64,000 nucleotides of DNA, taken from NCBI RefSeq assembly GCF_009914755.1, contig NC_060927.1; one strand, written 5' to 3'. Both the position numbers and the translations under genes were made by a program. This document shows positions 43,628-56,200 of this stretch, in pieces; the first letter of the stretch is position 1; each line of letters opens with the position of its first letter. The notes beneath the pieces were generated by a model that saw nothing but the letters and a program-made list of their open reading frames with translations, was not told the DNA's origin and searched no databases. Source of the DNA: the human T2T-CHM13v2.0 reference genome, Homo sapiens.

Positions 43628-43888
43628 AGGCAATTTAGTGCAGTAGTTAAGAATACAGGTTTTGGAGCTGGACTTCCTGGCTTCAAATCCCAACTTTGCC
43701 ACTTCCTTTCTCTACAACCTTGGGCAAGTTATCTAAATTCTCGGTGGTTTGGTTTCTTTATCTCTAGGAAGACCGTGAGAGTTCCTATGTAATTGGATTG
43801 TTGTTGGAATTACATAAGTTAATACATGTCGAGTCCTTACAGATATATTTGCTTCAAAGTTGTATAAAATTTTACTGTTATTGTTGAT
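43628..43888 (+). mobile_element. MIR, near full length
   Basis: gtagttaagaatacaggttttggagctggac...ttcaaatccc...accttgggcaagtta. Confidence 0.85.
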
Positions 43889-44174
43889 ATTATTTCTATT
43901 TTACTATTTCTTGGCTTACTTTTTTCCAACTAAATTTTAAGTTATTTGTGGAAAGAAATAATTTTTTAAAATTTGTGCAGTATTTTTTACAAATCTGATG
44001 CGTAATCACTGGGTAAAGAGGAGCTATTGACAAATGCTTTTGAGCAGGGTTTTGTGTATCAAAGGCAGTGTTTAAACAGTTTGCAGCAAGGTGTGGGAAA
44101 GGTTTTCGGAAAGGTTGGATTAAGGACTGCTGCAATAATTCTAGCATGTTATAATTTTTTATAGGTCTCCAATT

Positions 44175-44620
44175 GCAAACATTTATTGAGTATTCGTCAT
44201 GTGCCTGACATAGAGATAAAACCTATTGATTCATAATGGACAAATAACCATTCCAATCTTCAGAGCATTTAACACCCAGTACAGAAAAATTAATAAATGA
44301 ATAAAGAGGGGCAGTCCATTGCTGAACTTTATGTATAGGGACAGGATGCAGAGGGAGAGTAAGATAGTGGTGGTTTCTTGAAGGAAGTAATGCTTAAGCC
44401 TTGAACTGGAGGAGTTGGGTGGTAAAAATGGGGTATTATTCCAACCAAGCAAGTAGAGCAAACAAGGCGGAACCAACATTGCAGTGCAAGACAACCGCAG
44501 TGGGTTCAGGTTTGGCTGTGGTACAAAATAAAGCTGGAGAAGTCACAGAGGTCCATCCTGCCGTTTAAAAAAAAGATTTGGACCCTTTCCTACAGCCAAT
44601 AGAGAATGTGTGCAGATTTG
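44175..44620 (-). mobile_element. L2 relic
   Basis: caaacatttattgagtattcgtcatgtgcctgaca. Confidence 0.65.
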
Positions 44621-47033
44621 AGTTTCTAAAATAAGTCATCAATAACTTTTTCAGACTATTGTGATTCTGTTTTGCCTCATTTTAATATTATAGAAGTAAG
44701 GATATATTTTGCACGGACAGAATTAATATGATAGTGACCCTTCCTTACCCCAAGAACAAAAAAATTTTCCAAACAACCATTATAACAACCAGTGCCAATA
44801 CCCACTCCCCACTGATGTTTTCAAATTTTTCTTAACACAAAGGAATGCACTATATTTAGTTTCTAGGGTATTTCTTAGAATGTTGAATTCCATTAAGTAT
44901 GCCATGGCTTTTGAGATGAATTAGCTGTCTCACTAAGAACAGGATTTGCAGAAACGAGGTACATGTTAGTAAATATAGAAAGAGAATGGATGAGAAAAGA
45001 GGGGTTTCAAACAAGGCCACTGCCTGGAAGAGCCACAAACTAATCAGAACCTCAAGCAGTGGCAGGCGTCAGGTGAACAGATGATAAAGACTGACTGGCT
45101 GACCAAGAACTGCCAATAGTAGCTTCATATTTATGGAAGAACATTATAAAATAGGAAATATGCTGTAAGAAGACCTTCCCCTCAAATATTTAACTTTTAC
45201 CATGCTGCATATTATCACACTCATTGTACTGTGTCATCCTACTAAATATATAAAGTCTGATAGTTATTTGTGACTAATCACGTTTAAATAAATCATGTTA
45301 TGTGTTGAACTGAACTTAATTCTACCCTTTGTTTTTCATCTGACAGGGTGCTTTTAGAACAGTAAGTTCCACAAATGTCAGAGCATAAACTTTCATTATA
45401 GAAGCTATTCACTAATATTACATAAATCGTAATCAGAAACAAAGGGCATCACATCCTAAGAGGCATCCTTTTTAATCATGTAACAAAAGAACACTACCCT
45501 CAATTTGTAAATATGTATTTCATCTTGTAATACCAAAAATTCTTGTGGTGACAAAAACTGCTGGACAAAAACTGCTATTCATGTAATTCATGAAGCAGAA
45601 ATGTACTTTGATCATTGCTAGAATCAATTCATATATAATAACTATATATTTAAATTTTATATAAATAAAATATATGATGTATTATATATTTTTATGTTAT
45701 GTACATATAAATATATATGTACAAAATGATATATGTTTTTAAATGTCTTAGCAATGAGTACCTAAATTTTCTAATTATAAGGGACTAGCTCTTATCCTTA
45801 TAAACAAGATATTTCTTTTGGATATATTGAGTAAAATATGTAAATCACTGAGAATTATATTGATAAATGGCAGATAGTGTTACTGAAACATGGTAATATG
45901 TGACATAAATATTACTGTTTTAGTTTAAAAAGTGAGTGGTCCTTTCTATCCGTATGAACTGGGTTTTATTCAGCAAATTTCCTGATCTAATGCCACAGTT
46001 CATTATGAAGAAGTTCATAGTAGGATTTCTTTTTAAACTGCTCGGCTATAAATTCCTATGTGACGTGAATATCTTGGTACAAGTTTTTATTGTGATACTG
46101 AAGCATATAATATCTTGTTCAATGAATTCCTAAGCCTGACAAATAAGTGATTAAAAATAAAATTTACTTTTATTAAGTGATTAAAATAAAATTTGATTTT
46201 TATGTGATTAAATTTTTTTCTACATAAAAAATAAAACAAGAGGAAAAAATGGGTGGAAGTAAGAGTGGTGAAAAAAGTAAAGTTAAAAAATAAAATGAGT
46301 TCCAAGATAATGTTGACATAAAAGATGATCTTGAGAAGTTGCTAAATGTGGCTGAAAATGTATTCAGACCGAAACATAAGCACAAATAACTGGTAGTTTA
46401 TTTGTTTTTATGTGTCTGTTTTTAAAGAGAATTAAGAGATAACTAATAATAGTCTATTAAATGAATAAAGTTTATAAAATTTTATATTCTAAAACAAAAT
46501 TGGCATGTCTTCAAAATTTACTGAAAGCCCTGAATATTATGCCACCCAACCAAAATTGTGAAGCTCTTACTACATAGACAGTTGTGATTTCCACCTTTTT
46601 TTTTTTTCCTGGAAGAATGTTTTATTATCAGGGCATAATCAGTGTGATCTTTAGCTAACCATGGTTTTCAATTTTACCTATTTTTAAAAAAACTTTTAAA
46701 TTAACATTAGCTCAGCTTCATCTTTATTAACTAATTTTTGTTAAAGATTTGATGTCTTCCTATGGTATATACTATTGTCAGTTTATAGCAATGGTAGCTT
46801 TGACCTATGAATCTCCCAAAATCAAACTTTGATCAAACTTTAATACACGAAGTTCTCCCAAACCGTTACTTTTATAGTGAGAGTTCATTAGTAAATTTCT
46901 GTCCTTAAAGTTTTGCTTTTTTATTAATTTTGAATGTATTCTCAGGATAAGCATACTAAATCATTGGGATATTTTGAAGTATGTAAAAAAAATTATATAT
47001 AAGCCGTTATTCTCTTAAAATTGTAGTATATAC

Positions 47034-47473
<440 letters not shown>

Positions 47474-48242
47474 TTAACAAATGTTTTTAAAAGGTCAATT
47501 ATGTGCCATTGTGTCATTTAATCCCACAGCCTTCTCTCCTCCAAGGATGCTGTATGTCCGTTTTATACATAAGAAAACTGTGGTTTAACAGTGAGAAAGG
47601 ATCATAGTGACAGAGTGGGGGAACTTGAACATACTTTTTTTGACTTTTTTTTATATTCTACTCCACCAGCTGCTATACAGCTCAATGGCCCTTAGCTATG
47701 ACCTTAATGAATGCCCTATTTAAATCTGATTTTTTCTGTCACTAACCTGGGCCCCCCACCTTTATTTAATAATCTCCTGGGTACCTTGAAGAACTATCCA
47801 TACTGATATTATCCATTGAATTATCAGTCCAAGACAGAATAAGTACATGGTATCTCAACTCACTCACATGAAGACATGAGTTTTTGCTTCACTAAGTTCC
47901 ATTCTAATATATCTTTAAATGTTTTATTAATACTTATGTTATTACTCGGGAGATAAGTTGATGGCTTTCACATTTCAGATCAAAACCATTAGATGTTAAT
48001 TTCTACTGCTCTGAAAACAATGTACTAATTTCCTTTTCATTCTAAAAACAGAATAACACTAAGAAGTAAAACTTAAGGTCAATTGATTGAGTTTGGCAGA
48101 TTTCTCACTAATTTTAGAGATAAAATCCAACAGTATCACTTCATAAATGTATTTGCAGCACCAAATTCGTTGAGTTAGGAGAGTTGGGTTTAAAAATGTC
48201 CCTCTTAAGTTAGGGCTGGCAGTGGAAAGGGACTTCATGAGG

Positions 48243-48310
48243 AGGGTAATCATATGTCCTGTTTTGCTTAGGCCGGTCCTGGCTTATGCCTGTTGTCCCA
48301 TCATTTTATC
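48243..48310 (+). mobile_element. MER94-like hAT-Blackjack fragment
   Basis: agggtaatcatatgtcctgttttgc...gtcctggcttatgcctgttgtccc. Confidence 0.55.
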
Positions 48311-50510
48311 TGGTTTAGCATGTATTTGAAGTTTTCAGTTTTTAAGGACAAGTTATTATTATTTATTTTATTAAGATGAGCTGGGTTGGGTTTGATATAT
48401 TTCTACTTTGTTTGCATCTCCTGCCATAATTTGAACTAGTAGTTTGTGATTCCCATGTGCAATGAAGTCATTTCTAATTTTAACATGTGGTTAAATCTGA
48501 TAGTCAATGACCAGCCTGTCCCTCTATTCTCAACCCTTTCCAACTCCAGTCTCCCTCCAAAGACTATGTGAATTGTGTTTGCCGATAATACAAAGACCTC
48601 TCAGTCCTCAGGGGCTGAGAACAGCTAACTCCTGCGCCAGATGCACAAAGCTGCCAAGCCACCAATGATTGCAGTTAGGAAGAAATATGAGAAATTATGC
48701 TTTTGGTATGGGAAGTATGTATGGAAAAGAGAGGATGCACAGTCCTGTTCTATAGAGAGTAGTCTGTAACTTTTTGTTATTATTTTTATGTTTATGTCTA
48801 TAACTATATTGCATTGTTTGGAAAACCTTTTTTATTTTGGAATCAACCCTTTTGGCTTCAATAACAGAGTAAAAAAAGAAATGTGTTTATTGAAATGTTA
48901 GGTACTAAATTTATAGTTATTAAAAAATGTTGATGATAACATGTAATGTGCACAAAAAGTTTGTTGACATTTACCACCCATTATGGGGACTACACACATA
49001 TCACTAACCACCTGACCACCCGACGATACAAATTTGCTGAAGAAGTGTCAGTGTCCACTTCAAATACTGTTTGCATTTTGTTCAAAATTAGTTAGAAATT
49101 TAGAACCAAAGTATTCAAATAATGGAGTAGCAATATATTTGTATTTTGAATACGTAATAAGCTATAATTATTGTGAACAATGCATGCAAACAGGAACATA
49201 TTAAAATGGATCATTACAAAAGGAGAAACTAAGCAAATTAAATAATGAGAGCCCCCCTTGTGTAGAAGACTTAATTTGAAAGTTTATAATTGCACTTGAA
49301 AATATCTTGAGAAATGGGAAGGATGTTTTGTTAGAGCTCCCATCTTTGAGTTACTCATATATTTGAAGCACTTAAATTTGGCTAAAGATTCAAAATAATC
49401 AGAATAGAGACAAATTATTGATGCTTTTTTGTTATAGAATATTTGTCAAAGGAAATATTCTAAATAAAAGCAAAAAATCTATAAGAATGTTTACATATTT
49501 CAATATAGAAATATTAAAATTGAGAACATATTTTATGTAGCATAATTTGCTTTTTGCTTACCAGACAACTCAGAGAAAATTTTGCAGTTAAAAATTTTAT
49601 GGTTTACAAAAAATGTAAATTGAAAATGTTCACAATTTCTAATATGTTATTCATAAAAATGCATCTTTGAGGAAGTTTGCAGGTAGTTTTATAAAAAAGC
49701 AAAAATAATATCACCACATTGAAATAACATATTTTCAAAATAATATTAGTGACATGGTAGTAGGGATAGAAATAGATAAGAAACTCTTCAAAGTACATAA
49801 AGGTGTGCAAAAATGCTTCCTCTGTTTATGTTTTTTCTAGACTAATTTCTTACACTATATTTTGAAAGGTTTTACAATGCTTTTTAATATTTTCTAAATA
49901 TTTTAGCATTCTTAAAATCTAAAACATCTTTGATAAAATCAATGCAATTACTAGAAGCAGAAAGTGACTGTTATGCTATGTTTATTGTTCAGATAAGATT
50001 TAAGAAATATTTTAATGTTAATGTACTATGTAAAATAAGTGCCAATTTTATTTTTAGAAAGAATTTCATTTTGAGAATAGGTATTGAATAGTACATTTTA
50101 TTGCTTCACCAATATATTTTAAAACCAAATTTTCAATTTTTAATCATTTCAAAAATTATAATTTATTTGCATTGCTCCCATTCACTGTTAAATATCATGT
50201 TAAATATCATCTGATTTGGATGATAAATCACATGGCCTCCCTGCTCATAATGGCTAGGACCAGGAACTTGATTCTACCGGCAACTGAAGCTACTACTTTC
50301 TGTCTCTGTCTTTCCTCTGTCATAAGCATGTGTGATCTTGGGAATGAATTACATAAACTAATGTGTCTGTGAGAGCCCATTTCTCTATAATGGAACAGTT
50401 CTTAGAGGTGGCTGGATAAGAACCCCTACACAGCTGTCTACTGCTAATTGATTTGAAGTTGAAAATAGTAGCTTTAAACTATGGTACTCTCTCTTGCTGG
50501 GAGTGGGGGA

Positions 50511-50545
50511 AGAGAGAGAGAGAGAGAGTGTCTGTGTGTGTGTGT
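50511..50545. repeat. (GA)n(GT)n microsatellite
   Basis: Seen directly. Confidence 0.9.
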
Positions 50546-50750
50546 TCTGAACGCGATTTAAAAATAAACAGACCTACTTTCAGGTAAGTGGTTATCAATT
50601 TTTCTTTCCTTCTAAGATTCATATTTTAGCCAAAATAGTTTTTAAAAAGCATGTAACAAAAACATTTTAAACAAGTTGGGAGAAAAAAATATCAAGGTTG
50701 GGGAGGGAAGCATAATGTATTGTAAATGTAAAAAAATATAATGCGCTCAC

Positions 50751-50867
50751 TTGAAAGATGTTTTCTTTAGCCTGAAGTATTTTTATGATAGCCATAATTG
50801 GAATCCAAACAATGCAGAAAATTATTATACACCAGCCTAGAGCAACTCCCCAGTCAGGGTATGGAAT
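50751..50867 (-). pseudogene. Isolated SLC6A14-derived exon fragment (last transmembrane region of the ATB0,+ transporter); unprocessed pseudogene-like
   Basis: Translates to IPYPDWGVALGWCIIIFCIVWIPIMAIIKILQAKENIFQ, 34/39 identical to human SLC6A14 as I recall it (IPYPDWGVALGWCMIVFCIIWIPIMAIIKIIQAKGNIFQ). Similarity ends exactly at a GTGAG donor (50750-50746). No other SLC6 exons were found in the window. Confidence 0.85.
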
Positions 50868-51897
50868 TGTAAATGAAAGACCTAAAGATATCTTAGCTCC
50901 ATTCATTATAAATGAAATCAAGATGCTTTTAATGAACTCTAAATATTGAACTCTTCATTCAGATGCTCTCAGAAATCTTTGCGCTTGATCTTCCTGAGTC
51001 TTGTCAACATGGAGGACAAATACATGGACAAGGATGTCAAATGAAGAAGTACAAAGAGTGTTTCCTATACCTATTAGGGGGCATATGGTCATACAAAAGA
51101 AACCAAAATAGAGATCAAAAGAATACAGTGTTTATGCTGTCTATTCGCTCATTCATCCACCCACCCACCCACCAAACCAGTCATCTACTTACCTGTTTGT
51201 TCAACTACCCATCCACCTACCCAACTATCTATCTACCTATCCATCCACTCACTCTTTCATATATCTAACTAATAGTTGATAAATGCATATTTTTAATATA
51301 TTTCAATGGCAAAAAAAATGAGAACCTGGCCCTGATCTTAAGTTATTTATAGTCTAATGTAGAGATTTGATGCCAAAAACTATATTTCAATATAGCTAGA
51401 TTTCTGCTTATATTCCACTGCTTTGGGCAAGATGAGTTCTTTTCTGAGAATTTAGAAAATATCCTAGAGTTACTCTTATGCTAATAAAGTTCTGATCTTC
51501 AGGTGTATATAGTCAGTCAAACTCTACTTAACTATTCTAGTTAATTTTAACAAATATTTATTGAATACTTATAAGCCAGGCACTGGGGTTCAGAGAAAAC
51601 TGATAAAACACCACCCTTACACTCAAGCAAGGGGGTATAGTTACACATAGATTTGTTGAAAGCCACCCCACTAATTTTCTGATAGAAACATGCTCAGTGT
51701 ACTACAGGAATACATAGAAGTGGCATCCACCCTGACCTGGGGTGGTGGGGAGCAGTAATAGCATCAAGGAAGATCTCTGTGAAAAGTCTAAAAATATGTA
51801 TGAAATTAACCAAAGAAAAGAAGGGAGGGAAGGGCATTCCAGGAAGCATAAAAAGTATGAGCAGAGGCATAAAGGTGACAAACAGTGTGGTGGGAAA

Positions 51898-52467
51898 TTA
51901 TTATTTATTTTTTATTTCCATAGGTTTTGGGGGAACAGGGGGTATTTGGTTACTTAAGTTCTTTAGTGGTGATTTGTGAGATTTTTAGTGCACCCATTAC
52001 CTGAGCAGTATACACTGAACCCAGTTTGTAGTCTTTTATCTCTCACGCCCTTTCCACCCTTTCCTCTGAGTCCCTATAGTCCATTGTATCATTCTTATGC
52101 CTTTGCATCCTCATAGCTTAGCTCCCATTTAGGAGTGAGAACACAGGATGTTTGGTTTTCCATTCCTGAGTTACTTCACTTAGAGTAACAGTCTCCAGTC
52201 CCATCCAGGTTGCTGTGAATGTCATTAATGGTATATATATATTAATGGTGTGTGTGTATATATATATATATATCACAGTTATATATATATGTATATATAC
52301 ATACCACAGTTATATATATATATAACTGATTGATATATATAGATATATATATATCTATCTATATACATCACAGTTTCTTTATCCACTCGTTGATTGATGG
52401 GCATTAGGGCTGGTTCCACATTTTGCATTTGCAAATTGTGCTGCTATAAACGTGTGTGCAAGTATCT
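51898..52467 (-). mobile_element. L1PB1-like 3' end with internal (TA)n expansion
   Basis: taggttttgggggaacagg...aagttctttagtggtgatttgtgagattt...cttatgcctttgcatcctcatagcttagctccc. Confidence 0.9.
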
Positions 52468-52636
52468 GGCCTGCAAAAGCATAAGGGGAAAGGCATTCTG
52501 GGCAGTAGATGAACTGGAGTGGAAGGCTGGGATCTGTCATGCAAGGACTTTTATGAAATTTCAGGAAGCTTGAAAGACAATTAAAATGGTTCTAAGTGGT
52601 GGGGATGATAATGACATAGTTAGTTTTTATTCTAGA

Positions 52637-52850
52637 TAAGGTTTTTCAACCTTAGCACTATTAACCAGATAATTATTTGTCATCTTATGGGGGCTGGGGT
52701 GTTATCCTGTACCTTATAGGATTTTGAGCAATATTTCTAGTCTATACCCGGTAGATAAGAGTAGCATTACCCAGTTGTGACATTCAAAAATGTTCTGGAC
52801 ATTGTCAGTGTCCCCTGAGGAGCAAAATTGCCCTAAGTTGAGAACCAGTG
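52637..52850 (-). mobile_element. MER20 hAT-Charlie MITE
   Basis: ccagttgtgaca...aaaaatgttctggacattg...tgtcccctgaggagcaaaattgccc...gttgagaacca; degenerate TSD ttctagat / ttttggat. Confidence 0.85.
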
Positions 52851-53419
52851 TTTTGGATGAATCACCCAGGGGATGAACTGAAGGAAGAAAGACAGGTGAT
52901 GAAATCAGAACCAAATGCAGAAAGAATTTAGAGAGAAAAGCCTGCCAGATATGGCAGATAATTTGAGAGATACTGGGATGGAAAATATCGGAAGAAGAGA
53001 AAGAGCAAGACAAAGACAGGGAGACTGGAGGAAATCACGGGTTTGGTTTTTGAACTTGAAATTTGGGGTGCCTGAGTTACCTCCAGGCAAATGGGTCTGG
53101 CAGTCAGTGGAAAATGCATACCTGAAACTCCATGAAGAAGTTTGGTCTTGAAAAAAAGATTTGGGTGTTGTTAGTAAAAATAAGGAAGGAGGTGTGTAGA
53201 AAAGCAAAACAAGTGGGCCGGCAATTGAACTTTTGGGAACATAAATAGAAGAGTATACAGCAGGAGAGAAACTTATCAAAGATAATGAAGCATCAGGGGT
53301 AAAAAAAGAGCTTTTTGGGAAGGAAGTGTCTTAGTAACAATGGTAAAGAAAGGGGCATTCAAATAGGAAATAAAATATATTTTTGGAGATAGCAGTTTGA
53401 GCAGAAAATACAATACTAT

Positions 53420-53527
53420 ATGAAGACTGTTATTTTCTTTTGTAGATTTGGTGGCTGACACATAGTGTGTATTCAAAAAATGTTTGCCAGATGAATGAAA
53501 GAATCAATAAATGAATCATAATGAATT
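53420..53527 (+). mobile_element. L2 3' terminus
   Basis: ctgacacatagtgtgtattcaaaaaatgtttgccagatgaatgaa. Confidence 0.65.
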
Positions 53528-56039
53528 ATACTGAATAAAGGATCTCTTTTAAGAAAATAAAGTGGATCTGTGGGCCTAGATTATTCAAATAGTCTTTGAT
53601 TATAATATTATATCAATACCATACCTAAGAAAGTGGACATAATTAATGCTTCTTCTTTGATCACTTTATGATAATACAAAATAATCTGTTAATATATATC
53701 AAGTCTTTTGAGACTCTCACGAATAGACATTCCAGGGCTATATTTTTATGACGTTCCTTTTCATAGCAGTATGAACAAGTAGATAGCTGAATTAAGCCAG
53801 TGACAAAATAAGTGCAATGTGTAATTGGACTCATTTAATTTATAAATGATCATTTGTGTGTCTTGAAATATGCCAAGTTGTGTCTAGAAGACTGTGAACA
53901 GCTGTCTCATAGTTAATGGCTTTTCTCACCAAAAATATAAAAAGTGGATATTCAACTCATCACCAGCAGAATGTGTTCTAGATATCAAAGAGGGAAAAAA
54001 TGTTTTCTTGTGTGAAATTTTAATGTAATTGGTATGGATTTCAAGATTTAAAAAAAAATGTATTTCAGGGTGCTCAGTTTAGTTAATATCAACTGGCAAT
54101 TCTAAGAATTATTAAAATAAGATGTTAATTTCAGTTGAATTAATAAAACTCTAGCACTTACAGCCTTTGCCTGTTTATCTGCTTATTCCACAAGTTGAGA
54201 GTGTCAGATGCTAAATACTACAGAAATTCATTTCCCAAGATTCAAGCACAATTTAAAGAAATTAGTCATGTACTCTTCTTGTCAATGTTGGGAAAAAGGA
54301 GCTAAGCAAAATGCTGGCAATTTGCAAAATATTGCATTATGTTTTATTCATAAGAAGATATTTATTATTTGTATTTACTATCAGAAAGTACACATTTAAC
54401 ATTTCAAATGTTGTTATGTTTATTCCTATTGCACATCTTCAATATATGATAAAATATATGTAATCTGTTCAGAAGTTGTCTGAGTCTTACCAAAGAATAA
54501 ATTCACTCTCTCTTTGTAATTAAATTAACATCCTAACTCCATTTGGATATATGTTTTCAACAACTTTAAAAAATTGAAAAGAGTGGTGTGTGATTCTCAA
54601 TCAAGATGTTATGATTTGATACTATTAATCAAATACTATTAATACACCGCTGGCTACCATAAGGCATAAATAATAAATTATAGTCCTTATGCTCAGATAT
54701 TTCCAAGCCCATTGGTGAGAAGGAACCCCATATAAATTAATAAGAGGACAATAAAATGCTGAGCACCATTAAGTTCGGTGCAAATGTGGAAAGCATTTAA
54801 GGAAAGGAGAGATCCATGGGAATTAAGAAAGCCAAAAGAGACTTATGGCAGATATGGTGTTCTTCCTATTTGTGTTGATGTTGGTAATACTCCAAAGAGA
54901 AATTTTTCCTCTTTATGGGTAGAAAAGACGGGAAAACGGGGGTTGAATTTGCCTTTCACAGGAGCTCAATGTTAAAGCAAGGGATCAAGAGATGTCAGGT
55001 CTTTCATATTTCTGGATCCCAGGGATATTTTTCATACTTTCCTTGTTCAGTAAACAAAATCACAAGGATATATGTATATCTATATCTATCTATATTTATG
55101 TCTATATCTATACCTGTCTCTCCTGTCTATATATAGTATATAAATATAGACTACACAGTTCACATATATATTCATATTATAATATTCACAAATATATGTG
55201 TGCAAAGTATAAATATATATGTATAGCCATAAAGGAGTAAATAAATGTGTAAAATATATATTACACCTTCTCAGTTCCCATCCCTTAACTGCTTTGGCAA
55301 TAGCTTTTAAAGCATTATGCATTTTTTACTTAAAAGGATTCACAATGATTGCCCTCACATGCAAACCAAGTCTTTTTAGTGCTTAGAAGTTACTAATGAA
55401 AATAAATCACTAAAACATGCTTTTCTCATGTAGGAAAATGATTTCTACTTCTTGAGGAAAATGTTATTTTACTTTCTGAGGCCAAGGAGTTATGTTTATC
55501 TAGAAAGTAATGCTGATAAATTTAAGAAAATACTTGGATCATTTTAAAATGAAGTAGGTTCTTCTAAACAAAGCTAATTTAGTCTTTGGGATTTTCGTAG
55601 GGTTTCTAACACTCACTCAGAGATTGACTATTACATTGTAAAGCATTCAAACCAGTCATGTAGACTACCTTAAATTATCCAAGATATTTGAACTCCCCTG
55701 CAGAATTAAGCAAATGATTGTGCCTTCACATCTGCTATGAATACACAGCACAGCTCCGTTTACTAGATTCTGAACAAAAATCAGCTTTGCTTATAGGGAG
55801 GTGTATGTATTGTCAATGGTAGCATGAAACTTAACAGGGAGGCACTGCCTGTTCACTCCATTTGCCAAGAAGAGAATTCAGACAGGATTCAGGTGCTTTT
55901 TAAAGATCTGGCAGGACGATTCCTGGGAGAGTTATAGGTACCTTTTGAGTTATCCTTCCTCAGTGTAATGTGTAGTCCCTAGGTAAGCCCTCAAGTGGGC
56001 TTTGGGAAGAGATTTTTTTGGGGGCGGAAATACTGCATA

Positions 56040-56200
56040 AACCAAGGCTAGATATTTGGCTTGAGAGGCCTGCATTTCAGAGTTCCCTTTGCCAAAAGTC
56101 ACTGAGTGACCTTAGACAATTTATATACTCTTTTCTGGTCTTCTCTTTGTACAATGTGAAGTTTAAATTAGGCAGTCTGCAAGATCTCTTCCCATTCTAA
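56040..56200 (+). mobile_element. MIR3-like relic
   Basis: ctgagtgaccttagacaa...gatctcttcccattctaa. Confidence 0.5.

Larger units (their letters stand above)
51545..53390 (-). mobile_element. Long L2 relic, interrupted by L1PB and MER20
   Basis: aacaaatatttattgaatacttataagccaggcactg start; L2-like purine-rich body continues after both insertions. Confidence 0.7.

Noticed and set aside
50575-50589. Consensus plus-strand donor CAG|GTAAGT next to the (GA)n(GT)n repeat
   Set aside because: No matching acceptor or promoter evidence; a 9-mer match can occur by chance in 64 kb
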